Of a stretch of 64,000 nt of DNA, positions 25,683 to 39,910 are shown in pieces. The position numbers were made by a program, and so were the translations under genes. Numbering within the stretch: position 1 is the first letter of the stretch; every line of letters begins with the position of its first letter. The notes under the pieces are model-generated. The model was not told where the DNA came from. It ran no database searches and saw nothing but the letters and a program-made list of their open reading frames with translations. The stretch comes from Octopus sinensis (Eukaryota), in NCBI RefSeq assembly GCF_006345805.1, contig NC_043002.1:34906001-34970000 (forward strand), read 5' to 3'.

Positions 25683-26961
25683 TTGGGTCATCCCATAACA
25701 TGTGGTTTTTTAATACTTCTTTCATTTTTCAAAATTAAGATAAACAAAGTTCTTTTTTAATCTAAAATATACGCTCTTCCATTTTCTACAATGCTCTTCC
25801 ATCTATCTGGTTGACTCACAAAGCCCCTCTTCCAAAATTCACTTGTCCGTGACAAAAAATACTCCTCCAGTACTGTTCTGACCTCGTCTACAGAATTCAT
25901 ATTTTTTCCATCCAAATGATTTTGATGATTGCCAAATAAATGATAATCAGATAGGGTAATGTCCAGTGAATATGGTAGGTGGGGTATTGTTTCCCATTCA
26001 AACTGCCCCAGCCTTTGGAATGTCATCCTTGCTGTAAGTGACCGAGCATTATTCTGATGGAAGAATACCTTTTGTCTTGAAACTAAAGATAGTTGTTTTT
26101 CTTCTAGTGCTAACTTAAGCCACTCAAGCTGCTGGCAGTAGATCTCCTTTGTTATCATTTAGTTTGGGTTTAAAAGTTCAAATTGGACTAAACCTTTTCA
26201 TATCCCACCAAACAAATAACAGCACTTTACATGGGTGAAGACTTTCTTTAGCCTGGTGTGTCAGTGTTACTCTTTTCCCTACCGACTGTCTTCAGTACTT
26301 GACATTTTTATAGAGAACCCATTTCTCGTCACCAGTCACTATTCAGTCTGAAAAAGCTTCATTTGTGAGACATGACAGCAAAGAAGAGCACACATTCACT
26401 CTCTGTGCATGATTAGACTAGGAAAGTTTGTGGGGAACCTATTGACCCATTTTGCTGACTTTTCTGTTAACACACAGGTGTTGGTGAATGATTGAATGAC
26501 CAAACCTAAGCTTCTCTGCTAGTTCTTCAACAGTTATGATGGAATTTTGTTCCACCAGGGTTTGCATGTCATCCTCATTGAGCTCTACAGATCTTCCAAG
26601 ATGAAGCTTGTCTTCTAAACTGTAGTTTCTGGCTTGGAATTTCTGGAACCACTGTTGACACTGGCTTACATTTATTGTCTGATCCCCATATATTGCATTA
26701 ATATTCCCCGCACTTACCATTACGTTGTTGCCTTTAATGAACTCATAAATAAAAATATGCCGAATATGCTCCTTTGTCACTTCCATTATAACTTTGAAAG
26801 AACAACTGTTAAAATCGAACTGCTTTCTTCAAAACTTGCACTAAGAATAAAGTAAAATTAATGCCTGCTTTTATAGCAAGTTGATACAGGTAGTTTATCC
26901 CATCTGCATCTGACTTAGTTCATGCAATTGAAAAAATCGCATTAATTATGGGATGACCCAA
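25683..26961 (-). mobile_element. Full-length but degenerate mariner (Hsmar1/cecropia-like), 1279 bp
   Basis: TIRs TTGGGTCATCCCATAA / TTATGGGATGACCCAA with TA on both flanks. Broken transposase MEVTKEHIRHIFIYEF...LEDKLHLGRSVEL...HQNNARSLT...PHLPYSLDITLSDYHLF. Confidence 0.9.
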
Positions 26962-28439
26962 TAGTATTTAACTTTGCAACTTCTCTGGTGATGCTGGTCT
27001 AAGTATCCCAGTAATAAATTACAGATATCAGAAACACAGTTAATAGTTTATGCATGTAATGACACAAATACTGGTAATTTACTTCTTTAGATGCAAGAAG
27101 AATGATGGCAATGTTCTCTGGCAGAATCATTTGCACACTGGGCAAAATGTTTAGTGGCATTTCATCCATCCTTACGTTCTGAGTTCAAATTATGCCAAGG
27201 TCAACTTTGCCTTTCATCCTTTCAGAGTTGATAAAATAAGTGCCAGTTAAGCACTAGGGTTGATGTATTTGACTTACCTCTACCCCAAAATTGCTGGCCT
27301 TGTGTCAAAATTTGTAACCAATATGAAGATAGTCTTAATAATATATCAACGGAAAGTTTCTCTTCCTTATTCTTCTAATTTCATCTCTCTCTCTCTTTCT
27401 ACTATCCAATGACTTTCTTTCCAATTTGTTTATCTTTAAGTAAATTTGTGATAACATATCTTATTAAAATACTATATATAACCAGGATTAGATATTTTGC
27501 CTTCACTGTATGTGCTGAAGTAGTAATTAATGGATCACTAAGTAATTAGGAACATTTAGATATTAAATATCATTGTTTAGATACTGAATAATTAAGAAAT
27601 GACACGGAAAGCAAAATCAATAGGTACGTTGTTGATTCATTAAAACGCTAAGTGGAAGTAAATATGCAGATCAATATTATTGAGGGAAGGTCAATATTAT
27701 TGTAGCTTCTTCTGGCTTGTACAGGACACATACATTTTGGTCTTTACCACTTTATAGTGATTTCAGTTTCATCTCGGAATACATAGTGTTTCTTATTCTG
27801 AGAAAGTCGGTTTATCTTATCTTACCAATCTCTTTGATCATACTGCAATATTGATTTCAAATTTAGCAGGCCAGAAATTTCAGGAGAGGGGTTAAGTCGA
27901 TTACATTGACCCCAGTGTTCAACTGGTACTTATTTTATCGACCCCCAAAAGGATAAAAGGCAAGTTGACCTGGGCAGAATTTCATCTCGGAATATGAAGA
28001 TGGATAAATTACTGCTAAGAATTTTACTCAGCAGGCTAACAATTCTGCCTGCTTGCCACCTTTTATCTTACTGTAATATCAACATCACTTCCATCATCTC
28101 AAAAATAAAAGATATAGTTATAAATAAATTCTTCTTCACTCCTGCCTCCCCCACCTCCCAACACCATCACACCACACCACACACCACTACACCTTACACA
28201 CCCATACTACACAACATACTGCAATGCACACATCAGCACTGACCACTTCCCAGACCCACATTTTCACACCTACACATACACACATCAAGATCACCAGCCC
28301 TCTTCCACACACACATACAAACTCTCTTATACACACGCACACGCACCTTCATTTTGAGATCACCACCACTTTATTATCTTCCCTTCTCCCTAGCTCTCCT
28401 GTGGGACCTTTCTGTCCAGGCCTTTGCCATGATAGATCA

Positions 28440-28610
28440 CTAGCCACTACACATTCTTTATTTTCTCTCCTTGTTTCTTTCTGTGTTCCTTTCTGTGGAA
28501 AAGCGTAGGCTCGAAATGTTAAAGACTTTTTCACTTCCCGAGCGTTATACTAATACATCTGTTTGTTGTCTACATCACCTGTCTTTGTCTTTTGTTTTTT
28601 TTTTGTGAAA
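28440..28610 (+). mobile_element. ~200-bp mini-element with a degenerate hammerhead-like motif (28489-28524)
   Basis: Homologous to 51130-51335. Motif cttt-CTGTGGA-A-AAGC-GTAG-GCTC-GAAAT-GTT-aaag. Confidence 0.45.
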
Positions 28611-30911
28611 CCCCACTACAATTTCTATAGAACCAGATTTTACAGATTCTTATTGTATCACTCATCATGATGTTTGATATAAGGTTTTGTATTTTATAAT
28701 GGAAAAGAAGCTAATGCAATTGTATGTCTTAAGAAATATGTGGTGAGTCATCACTACATTGGCAAATACTATGAAGGATGTATTTTATTAATGAAGTCTT
28801 AATGCTGGCTTACTCTGTGCTTGACTAATAGATAAATTAATATTTTGTTTATTGATTAATTAGTGATTCTCTGATTCTACTTCAGTATGTATGGTGAAAT
28901 CTATGTAGATTTCATAGCAGAATAGACTCTGTAGAAATCTAATGAAGGTTCTGACTTTTGTAACAATAATCCACCTGTTATTGAAATAGTCACATACAGT
29001 GGGGGGTGGGGTGGGGACAAAAATAGTGAGCATCCATTAATTTTTATCATCGCTTTTTTACCCATTTTCTATGCTGACATATTAGATGGGTTTTCATGTT
29101 TGAGTTCAATATGTCTTTAGGGGTACTGCTCCTCTAAATGAGTTGTGGGGACACCATCTTGCTTGGTTTCCACCACTCTCCTTCTTAACCCTTTCGTTAC
29201 TGTATTTATTTTGAGATGCTCTGTGTTTCTTCCAATTATTTTAAATATAACAAAGAATTTAGTAAAATAACATCGTTATCATTAAGCTAGTGTTAGGAAC
29301 ATAAATTGTGTCTAAGATTTAGTGGAAGATTTGAATTCAAAACTTATGAAAACAAGACATTTATACTAAAGAGCCAGAGCCAGTTTCAGCTGGCTTGGTA
29401 ACAAAAGGGTTAATATCAACCACTTTACCAAGTGAACTGAGTTCTTGTTTGATGACACTAGTACTAGAGAAATATTGTGTTCATGGTAAGACACAACCTC
29501 ACACTTAACAGAGTGTACTGGTTGAGTTTTTTGTCACATCAGCAATAGAGAGGTAACTGTGTCCTTGACATGACTAAAGGGTCCTTACAACCACATATCT
29601 CTGCTCATTTGCCTGCCTCTTTACAGAGTGAGAAGCATGAGTAATAGAGACGAGAATGATAGTGATGAGAGGAATGTGTAATAGGGAAAGGAATGGTAAG
29701 AGTACACAGTATTCTGAAATAGAGACATATATTCAGGCATCTTAACATAGATGGTAGAGAGATGACAGAAGTTTATGTAATCAAGGAGACAAAGCGATGA
29801 CAAAGACTAGATGTGTGGAAGAAAAAGAGAGTATGATAGCTGACAGAGTGAAATGGGGTGATGACAGGCATGATGACAGGAGGGGAGGGTGAAGTTAGAG
29901 GGTACTGGGCAATCAAGACTCAGTGTAGTCATCTACACATAGGCCTTCAAGATAGGTTGAAGGGGTTGAGTGATGAGAGTGGTGGTAAGGAGAATGGAAA
30001 GTATATGGGTCTTGTACCAGTTAACTGCACAAAGGAGTGTCTGTGATGGAGAGTCAGACTAGGTGCAGTGGCATCCTTAGTTACCCTGGAAGCAATGTGA
30101 GCCACTCTCAGTTACACCGAAGGCAAAATTCAGTGAGACCCAAGAAGACAAAGAATTAAGAAATGAGGGATTGAGGTATGGGTGAAAGAATGCAATGTAT
30201 GATGAAAGGAAGAGAGATCCACTGCTACTTTAGGTCACAACAACTTAGTACAGTGAGATCAAGAAATGACTTATAGGGACTTACGCTCAGGAAGCAAGAA
30301 AGATAAAGTCATGGACAAAAGGGATCTGGGTAACAGTGGTGTGGGCAATATACAGATGAGTGATAGGCTTGTGAGATAGAGGAATGAGCAACAAAGGCAG
30401 TGAGTAAGGATACAAGTGTTGGAGGATTGAGAGGCCATCAAATAAGTCAGTGATGTAAATTTGATAATACGCAAATATATATATATACAGGCATGCATAT
30501 GTGCACACACATGAATACATATGCCTAGTGATACATGCCTTTATATAAGATAATTTTAATATTCATTTTGCCAATCCTCCTTCCATACAGTAACTCAGTC
30601 CTTTACTATTAGAAACAACAGCTTTAGATCTGTCTTTGTTACTTTGTTCCCCACAAAATACAATATAAAATATGAAGAAAACGTGCCATCAGCGGACGTT
30701 AAACGATGATGATGATGATGATGATGATGATGAAGAAAATATGTAATTTCTTAACTCACCAGCTGTTTCAGGATGCCCAGTGTTATGTAATAATCATAAT
30801 CATAATTTGCAGATGAAATGTGCAAAAAGACATGAGTATGTAACCAGTAACCAGTCACATGAAGATACTACAATAAGTCTGGCTCCCCTCATCAAGTGAA
30901 TATAGGAAAAT

Positions 30912-31215
30912 ATCATCATCATCATTTAGCATCCGCTTTCCATGCTAGCATGAGTTGGACGGTTCGACTGGGGTCTGGGAAGCCAGGTGGCTGCACCAGG
31001 CCCAGTCTGATCTGGCAATGTTTCTACGGCTGGATGCCCTTCCTAACGCCAACCACTCCGTGAGTGTAGTGGGTGCTTTTTACGTGCCACCGGCACAGGT
31101 GCCAGACGGGGCTGGCAAACAGCCACGGTTGGATGGTGCCTTTTACATGCTACCGGCACGGGGGCCTGGCGAGGCTGGCAACGGCCACGATCGGATGGTG
31201 CTTTTTATGTGCCAT
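30912..31215 (-). mobile_element. S4 / RTE-tail element
   Basis: (CAT)n, conserved tail and minisatellite units. Confidence 0.75.
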
Positions 31216-31884
31216 ATTAATATAATATAGTTGATAAATATGATAATATTTTCCATGCTAAATGAATTATTCTTCCAATAGATGTGATTCTACAGAAGAT
31301 ATTTTGACCTTTAAGTCATGAAACAGTTTAGTTGTATGCTAATGTAAATGTTTTGTTAAATCTACATTTTTAACTACTCACTTATATCTTATACTGTTTC
31401 TTTATTATTTCAGAACATCAGATGACATCAGATTTAAAGAATTTTTAACCTTAGGTACACTGTCATTAGTTATCATATTTTGAAGACTAATGGAAGAAAC
31501 TACATGCAGCTGATAAAAGGTCTGTTTATAATAACTGTTAAGATTACAGTAAAATATTTCCTCTGAAATGAGACTAAAAGCATAATTTCTCTAATTCACT
31601 GCTGGGAATCTGTACAAGATGATTTTACATTCCAATTAAACTTGGACATATTTACAAAGGTGTTTGAGGCATTTTCAGATACTGATGAAGATCATATTGA
31701 TGGAAGTATGGCTGAAGAAATATTTGTTTGGAATAAACTATAACACAAATAAAAGACTGTAGCCATATGATATGGTTAAAGAAAAAAAACCATTGGGAAA
31801 ATAAACTGTGTGAGAAATTTAAAAGGTTAACTTTTTTCATCTGAAGAGATAGGACATTCATTATAGTACTGTGATATTTCTGAA

Positions 31885-33423
31885 ATGTCTCTAAAAAGAA
31901 ACCTAACTACTGGAGAGAAGCCATATCACCGTGATATCTGTGGTAAATCATTTTTGAATGGAAGTCACTTAATTAGACACAAACACATTGATACAAGTGA
32001 GAAACCATATCGTTGTGATATTTGCAATAAATCATTTTCTAATGACAAGCATATAGCTAGACACAAATGCATTCATACTGGAGAGAAGCCACATCAATGT
32101 GATATCTGTGGTAAATCATTCTCACAGAGTGGTGACTTGATTATTCACAAACGCAGTCATACAGGAGAGAAACCATATCACTGCAATATCTGTGGTAAAT
32201 CATTCTGCCATGGAAAAGCCTTAAATATTCACAAACACATTCATACTGGAGAGAAACTATATCATTGTGACGTTTGTAGTAAATCATTCTCTGAAAATGG
32301 TCACTTAACTAAACACAAACGTATTCATACTGGAGAGAAACCACATCATTGTGATATCTGTGGAAAATCTTTCTCTTTAAATGGCCACTTAACTAAACAC
32401 AAATACATTCATACAGGAGAGAAACCATATCGTTGTGATATTTGTGGTAAATCATTCTCTCAAAATTATCACTTAACTGTACACAAGCGAATTCATACAG
32501 GAGAGAAACCATATCGTTGTGATATCTGTGGTAAATTATTTTCGGATGGAAGTCACTTAATCAGACACAAACGCGTTCATACAGGAGAGAACCCATATCA
32601 TTGTGATATTTGTGGTAAATCATTTTCTGATGGAAGTCACTTAACTGCTCATATACGTATTCATACTGGAGAGAAGCCATATCATTGTGATATCTGTGAT
32701 AAATCATTCTCTCAGAAAAGTAATCTCACTGTTCACAAACATATTCATACAGGAGACAAACCATATTATTGTGATATCTGCGGTAAATCTTTTTCTAGAA
32801 GTGGTGACTTAACTACTCACAAACACATTCATATGGGTGACAAGCCATATTGCTGTGACATCTGTGGTAATTCATTCTCTCAAAATTATCACTTAACTAC
32901 ACACAAACGAATTCATACAGGAGAGAAACCACATCACTGTAACACCTGTGGTAGGTCCTTCTCTCATAGAAATGCCTTAAATACTCACAAACGCATTCAC
33001 ACAGGAGAGAAACCATATCAGTGTGATATCTGTGGTAAGTCATTCCCTCATGCAAATACCTTACTTATTCACAAACAAATTCATATAGGAGAGAAGCCGT
33101 ATCACTGTGATATATGTGGTAAAACTTTTACTTTCACTAGTGACTTAGAGAAACACAAATGCATTCATGATGGAAAAAAAACATATCATTGTGATATATG
33201 TGGTAAATTATTTTCGGATGGAAGTCATGTAGCTAGACACAAACGCATTCACACAGGGGAGAAACCATATCCCTGTGATATTTGTGGTAAGTCATTTTCC
33301 GTTAGTTGTAACCTAACTACTCACAAACGTATTCATACTGGAGAAAAGCCATATCATTGTGGTATCTGTGATAAATCATTCTCTCAGAAAAGTAATTCGC
33401 CACTCACAAGCTCATTCATTTAG
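31885..33423 (+). CDS. Poly-C2H2 zinc-finger protein, 512 aa: 16 intact fingers, one degenerate N-terminal finger and one frameshift-truncated C-terminal finger
   Basis: 28-aa repeats Y-x-CDICGKSF...H-x3-H with HTGEKP linkers (13 + 17x28 + 23 = 512). Single coding exon with no effector domain seen, typical of the coleoid C2H2 expansion. The true start and upstream exons are uncertain. Confidence 0.92.
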   Translation: MSLKRNLTTGEKPYHRDICGKSFLNGSHLIRHKHIDTSEKPYRCDICNKSFSNDKHIARHKCIHTGEKPHQCDICGKSFSQSGDLIIHKRSHTGEKPYHCNICGKSFCHGKALNIHKHIHTGEKLYHCDVCSKSFSENGHLTKHKRIHTGEKPHHCDICGKSFSLNGHLTKHKYIHTGEKPYRCDICGKSFSQNYHLTVHKRIHTGEKPYRCDICGKLFSDGSHLIRHKRVHTGENPYHCDICGKSFSDGSHLTAHIRIHTGEKPYHCDICDKSFSQKSNLTVHKHIHTGDKPYYCDICGKSFSRSGDLTTHKHIHMGDKPYCCDICGNSFSQNYHLTTHKRIHTGEKPHHCNTCGRSFSHRNALNTHKRIHTGEKPYQCDICGKSFPHANTLLIHKQIHIGEKPYHCDICGKTFTFTSDLEKHKCIHDGKKTYHCDICGKLFSDGSHVARHKRIHTGEKPYPCDICGKSFSVSCNLTTHKRIHTGEKPYHCGICDKSFSQKSNSPLTSSFI

Positions 33424-33880
33424 GAGAAAAACCATATCACTGATATTTATGGTCTGTTGTACTCTTTAAATGGTAACTTAACTAAAACTACAATCATTCA
33501 GCAGGCGAGAAACCATATCACTGTGATATTTCTTGGAAATAATTTCACAAAACCACTTTCATACAGGATTTACCACATGTCGCTGTGATCTGTAAATCAT
33601 TCTCTGAAAGTTGCACCTTGGCTACTCGTAGACATTACTCTTGCAGGAGAGAAATCTTCCTACTATGATGTATGTGGTATGTCATTCTCATGGAAATAAA
33701 AACTTATTCATATTGGAGTGAATCCATAATCATTGTGATAAATCATTCTCTCAAAAAAGATAACTTCACCATTTACAAATGCATTCATGTAGGAGAGACA
33801 CTATATAACTGTGATGTCTGTGGTAAATCATTTTCTCAAAATTGTATGTCAACTAAACATATGACAGAAAATTAACTATA
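33424..33880 (+). pseudogene. Decayed zinc-finger repeats downstream of the stop codon
   Basis: Recognisable GGAGAGAAACCATATCACTGTGATAT and TGTGATGTCTGTGGTAAATCATT units with stops and indels (about 5 remnants). Confidence 0.8.
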
Positions 33881-33914
33881 TCAATGTCTAAAGCCATTCC
33901 ATTAAAAAAAAATA

Positions 33915-34050
33915 TCGGTTCGGCTAACAAGACCGATAGAATAAATACTAGGCTTACAAAGAATAAGTCCTGGGGTTGATTTGCTCGACTAAAGGCGGTG
34001 CTCCAGCATGGCCGCAGTCAAGTGGCTGAAGCAAGTAAAAGAATAAAAGA
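33915..34050 (+). mobile_element. 3' part of SINE family S3
   Basis: GATAGAATAAATACTAGGCTTACAAAGAATAAGTCCTGGGG...GGCGGTGCTCCAGCATGGCCGCAGTC, the reverse complement of the copies at 17381-17530 and 42385-42570. Confidence 0.7.
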
Positions 34051-34678
34051 ATATATATAACACTAAATGTGTGTCTTTCTTTTTTGTATTTGGTTTGCAA
34101 AATTTTTGATGTAAACTCATGTTTTGAAACAAATTTGGTTGTATCATAGACATTATGCCAACAATAAACCCAGCCCCCCCCCCCCCAAGACCTTTCTGTG
34201 TCATTTGCAACCTTATCAATGACTTGCTCTCTCTCCTCCTGATCTAAAAGTGTTCATACAATAAAGAAGCTACAATAGTATGTGATAACAAACACACAAC
34301 ACTAGTGCAATAACACTGTGTTATTACAGAATTTTCATATTCTATCTAACTTTTCCAGAGGGGAAAATGATACTGTTGATTTATTTGACATTGTAGGTAA
34401 ATAAATGAATAATGGAACATTATTATAATTCTTATGTTACAAAGATATACACAAATCATAAAATGAAGTATTTCTTCATACCATAAGATGTGTATATGAT
34501 GTCTAATAAAAATACATTCTTTCAATATCTTATGTATATTCTGATGTGAAATTTAGATTTCCATCTTAGAGGATGATTCTAATGATGGTTTAAACTTATA
34601 TTAAGTTTATCATTTTTTTACTTATAACATAACCAGATGAGCCTGAATATTCAGATTAATGTAACTAAACTGAATCTA

Positions 34679-35968
34679 CGAGGGACGTTCAATAAGTAAT
34701 GCCTCTGACCCACTTGCAGTTGTTGGATCTAGCTGAAATTTTGCATGTGCAATCATTTATATCTCTATAGAGTAAGTGGCAAATTACAGCTCTGAATTAC
34801 TTGTGGTTTCTGATTTACAGGTGTTTGAACCGAGTCAAGTGTGAAATGGAGCCTGTTGAGTGTTGAGCAGTGATCCGGTTTTTGTATTTGAAAGGACGCA
34901 CACCACGGGAGACTTTTGATGAAATGAAAGTAACTTATGGTGATGATGCCCCATCATATGACCTTGTAAAACGCTGGCATCGTGAATTCAAACATGGTTG
35001 GAACTCTGTGGAAACAGCTCCCAGATCTGGTCGCCCCTTCTGCCATTAATGACGCATCTGTCCGTCAAGTTGAGGCTGCCATTTTGGAAGATCGACGCAT
35101 AATTATTCGCCAAATAGCCCATGAGGTCAAGATTAGTACCGGATCTGTGGAAACTATCATTCATGACCATTTGCATATGCAAAAGGTGTCTGCCAGATGG
35201 ATTCCCAGGTTGCTCACGCCTTTCCAGAAGCAAGAACGCGTCGAGTGCTCGAGGGTGAATTTGGAGATGTGCCAAGAAGATGAGTCAAAATTTTTCAAAA
35301 GACTGATTACACAGGATGAAACCTGGGTCCATCACGATGATCCAGAGACCAAAGCCCAGTCAATGCAGTGGAAGCACCGGGACTCACCCCCTCCAAAGAA
35401 GGCAAGGGTGCAGCCCTCCGCTGGCAAGGTCATGCTCACAGTCTTCTGGGACCAGGACGGAGTAGTGATGACAGATTTCCTGGCAAAGGGTACCACAATT
35501 GCAGGAGCCTATTATGCTTCACTTTTGAGGAAATTAAGAGAAGTTATCAAAATCAAGAGGTGGGGCAAGATCAGCAAAGACATCCTCCTCCTGCAGGACA
35601 ACGCTCCGGTCCACAACTCGCTTGTCGCCAGATCAGAAGCACAGGCGTATGGCTATGAACTCCTCCCCCATCCTCCTACTTTCCTGACCTTGCACCCTCT
35701 GATTTTCACCTCTTCCCAGTCATGAAGTTGTTTTTGAAAGGAAAGCGTTTCCCAGATGATGCAGCCTTGATTTCTGAAGTCACGTTCAGGTTGGAGGACC
35801 AAGCTGGGGTCTTCTACAAAAACGGTCTCCAGAGCTGCATCAAACAATGGGAGAAATGCGTAACTCTGGGTGGTTCCTATGTAGAAAAAGACTAATAACT
35901 GTGCCAAGTTTCGTTGCTCTACTGCTATGGGAAGTGGGTCAGGGGCATTACTTATTGAACGCCCCTCG
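34679..35968 (+). mobile_element. Full-length mariner (DD34D), 1290 bp; transposase pseudogene 34846-35895
   Basis: ~37-bp TIRs CGAGGG(A/G)CGTTCAATAAGTAATGCC(T/C)CTGACCCACTT with TA duplications. WIPRLL, DETW, DNA and (Y)xPDLAPSD motifs, with 34 residues between the 2nd and 3rd D. One early TGA and two frameshifts (~35040, ~35678). Confidence 0.95.
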
Positions 35969-36503
35969 TAAATATAACTGGTGTAATTAATCAGAAAAAA
36001 GCTTTATTTCTACAGTCAGTTATACGACAGCTCACATTTTAAATTAGAACATTTAAAATGTTATAATTATACAAAAAAACAGAAAAAAAGAAAGAAAAAA
36101 AACGAGGGGGTAAAGCAGAAGATAGAGGGGAGGGAGTGATGGGCCACAATCCCCAGAACAAATGACCACAATAGCGTTGCCATAGAGAATGGCCTGTGAT
36201 ACTGCGGCAGCCACTCCACCTCATGGAGTTCATTTCTGAGACATTCTCACTGGCATAATTTTGGAATCAGTGTCATCAATAGTTTGTTGCTTATTTTGTA
36301 TGCTTGTTGAAGCACTGGCATGACTGTGTAGTTAAGCAATTTTCTTTCTAACCATATAATCTCTGATTCACCCCACTGCAGAATGCAGTGGGCAAGTGTC
36401 CTCTGTATAGCCTCACATTGACTTGTCCCTTTGTGTGAAATTTTATTGGCAAAACTATACAGAAGTTTATTCTAGGTATGTGTGAGAGAGAGTGTCTGTG
36501 TGT

Positions 36504-36504
<1 letters not shown>

Positions 36505-36535
<31 letters not shown>

Positions 36536-36912
36536 TGTTTAACATCCGCTTTCCAAGCTAGCATCAGGCTCCAATCTTGATTTGGCAGAGTTTCTACAGC
36601 TGGATGCCCTTCCTAACACCAACCATCCGAGAGTGTAGTGGGTGCTTTTTATGTGCCACTGGCACGGGGGCCAGTCAGGCGGTACTGGCAATGACCTCGC
36701 TTGAATCTTTTTACACATGCCACCAGCACAGGTGCCAGTAAAGCGACTTTGGTAACGATCACGCTCGAATGGTGCCCTTTTACGTGCCACTGGCACAGAA
36801 GCCAGTTGGCTGCTCTGGCAGGGGCCAGTCAGGCGATACTGGCAATGACCTCGCTCGAATCCTTTTACACATGCCACCAGCACAGGTGCCAGTAAGGCGA
36901 CTTTGGTAACGA
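36505..36912 (-). mobile_element. S4 / RTE 3' UTR fragment
   Basis: (CAT)n tail, conserved motif and duplicated internal unit. Confidence 0.7.
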
Positions 36913-37710
36913 TTACATATATATTAAAATAAACATATATATATATAACCTATATAGTACATATATAAACATAGCTTATTTAGCTATTTTTCAGTAAATT
37001 GGAAAAAAAATTATGAACAACCATAATCATAGAATATCATCAAAAATGTTTGCATCACTTTGGCCAATCCTAGAGAAGCAAGCAGCCAATTTCTTTATAT
37101 ACTCAACAATTACAGTAGCTACAGAAAACTGGGGGTACTAATTTGCATATTGTGAGTTTTAACACTTTATTTAATATCAGGGGCCTGTCAACAAGGATCT
37201 CAATCCACACAGTACCAAGGTATGATACAATATATGTAACACACACTAGCTTAAAAGCTACCCTATCGGATGGTTTTTAAGCTAGCTCCTGTGGAGCGCT
37301 CTTCATTGGGCCTTAGACCCAACAATGACACTTCATGCATTGAGTGCTTATTAAATTTTATTAAACTTGACCAATATTTTTCAAGCTTTGAACAATTTTC
37401 ATCAAAACAATGATATAATTTGTCGACTTGGAACTTATTGCACAGCTGCATGATAAACAGCATTCTTTTGTCTTCCCATTCGGGGTCAGTACAATTTTTT
37501 TCTGTCTAAACTCTTTCTTTCTCTCACTGTTGCTTTCAACCATCACCATCACCAGTACCACCACCATTGCCATCACAACTGCCATATACACACCATTCAG
37601 ACTTCTGACACCACCACCATCAATACCTGTTAGGACACTAAGCTAAAATATTGTTTAGGTTAGTAAAGAATTCCATGTATCCATCACCATTTTATACTGT
37701 AAATCTGTGG

Positions 37711-37756
<46 letters not shown>

Positions 37757-38561
37757 GCACTACAAGCTGCTTTCAGTTTCTGTCTACCAAATCTTGTCAC
37801 AAGACTTTGGTTGACCTGGGGCTCTAGTAGAAGACATTTGCCCAAGATGTCACACTGTGGTACTGAACCTGGAACCACTGGGTCAGAAGTAAACTTCTTA
37901 ACACATGGCCACATACACAATATATTTACGTAAGCAATTTTTAAGTTTTTATACATTTAAATAGATACCATTTGCAATTGACAATCTATTCCATTAGAAT
38001 ATATGTTTGCTAACACTGAAGCAATATGACCATGCTAACTAAGAATGCAGTTTGCAACCTAATTCCTCAAAGTGTAAAAGTTACAGCTTCTGAACAACCA
38101 CCTTGCACTGAAGAAACTTGTATCTTAGCCTAATGGACCAAACTGCTAAAAATTACAGAAGCCCAATACTAAAAATGAAGCAAAAAAAAAGCAATCAACT
38201 TGGCAAATTAGCCTGGAGTTGTAAGCACCCAATTACTGATTTTGGCTGTGGTGGTCTGGCAGAAGTCTTGATGAGAGAGAAGCTGTCTGCAACACTTTGT
38301 TGCTTCCTAGTTTAACTACAGAGAGGATTGCTTGCAAGTGGAATGTCATCATCATCATCATCATCATCATCGTCGTTTAACGTCCGTTCTCCATGCTAGC
38401 ATGGGTTGGACGGTTCGACCGGGGTTCTGGGAAGCCAGAAGGCTGCACCAGGCTCCAGTCTAATTTGGCAATGTTTCTACAGCTGGATGCCAATTAAATA
38501 TTACTACTTGAGACACACTACATCAATCATCACACAAACACGCTCACATATATGTGTGTTG

Positions 38562-38596
<35 letters not shown>

Positions 38597-39559
38597 TATA
38601 TATAGTGTGTGTTTGTGTGTATATATATATATATATTGTTGTGGAAGGATTCCAACCACCCCCAAGTGACTAAAAGTTGACTGAATCATTGTTATGAAAT
38701 AAAGAACTGTCAGTAGTTCAGGGGTAAGCAGTTCACTGTAAGCCATTGGTTGAGAACGTTTAGCCTCATGTAATAGTAATTGTATTCCATCATATAAATA
38801 CTCACACACACACACACACGCAAACACACACTCTCTCTCTCTCTCCCTTGCTCTTCCCACTGGCTAGGCAACCAAGTATCCCCTTTACAGCAGCACATCT
38901 GTTTCTGTCCTCTATCTTGTTACCTTTCTTTCCCTCTCTCTCTTTCTCTTTCTCTCACTCTTCCTCTTTCTCTCTCTCTCTCTCTAGCTGAGTAACCATT
39001 TACCTCCTCTATAGCAAGACACCTGTTTCTGCTACTCTGTGTCTCTCTCTCTCTCTCTCACACTCTAAGCTTTCATCATCTGACACAAGATCACCTCCTC
39101 CATTGCCTGCTTCCCTCTCAAAAATTCCTTGTCTAGCAAGTTATTTGGTGACCCTGCTGATGCTGATGCCACGTAAAAAGCATTCAGTCCACACTGTGAA
39201 GTGGTTGGCATTTGGAAGGGCATCCAGCTGTAAATACCATGCCAAAATTGACCTCACCTGTGCTGGTGCTATGCAAAAAGCACTCAGTCCACTTTATGGA
39301 GTGGTTGGTGTTAGGAAGGGTATTGAGCTGTAAAAACCATGCCAAAACAGATGCAGAAGCCTGGTGTAGCCTTCTTCCTGGACAGCTCCTGTCAAACCGT
39401 CCATCCCATCCCAGCGTGGAAGGCACACATTAAATAATGATGATGATGATGATGATATATATAGATATATAAGATGTTGTAAATAGGAAAGAAAGAAAAT
39501 AGGCTTTTATCATCAACAAGGAAATGATTATGCTTGATAAGTAGAAAAGGAGTGAGTAC

Positions 39560-39910
39560 AAATTACATGTCGTATATCCAGTGTAGATGTGAATGTATGA
39601 GATGTAGAACCGCATGCAGAATAACAGAGGTGGTAAACCTCATATGCAACAGGCACACAAAGATACTAAACTGTAAGTGCTCATGGCAAATAGATTATAT
39701 CAAATATCCAGAACACTACTTAGAAGTGCTTGAAAGCTTTTGTTTGGTAGATGACCTAATTACTATTGGAGTTTTATGCTTTAAAAGCATAGTAGCCAGA
39801 TTGAAAACTGGTTGGAAAATTATGAGGGAATTTTACCTCTGCTGGTAATAAAAGAGTTTTTTCTTTGAGTAAAGAGCAAATTTATGATGCTTGTGTACAA
39901 AGTGTCAGAT
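39560..39910 (+). mobile_element. Degenerate RTE LINE fragment
   Basis: SIVARLKTGWK...LRVK.K.YDACVQS parallels ESVTARVRIAWAKF...LRVKGRLYDACVRT of the 10244 LINE. Confidence 0.6.

Noticed and set aside
34982-35725. 247-aa ORF as an active transposase
   Set aside because: Its N-terminus is out of frame, the true ATG (34846) is followed by a TGA, and a frameshift removes the third catalytic Asp from the ORF.
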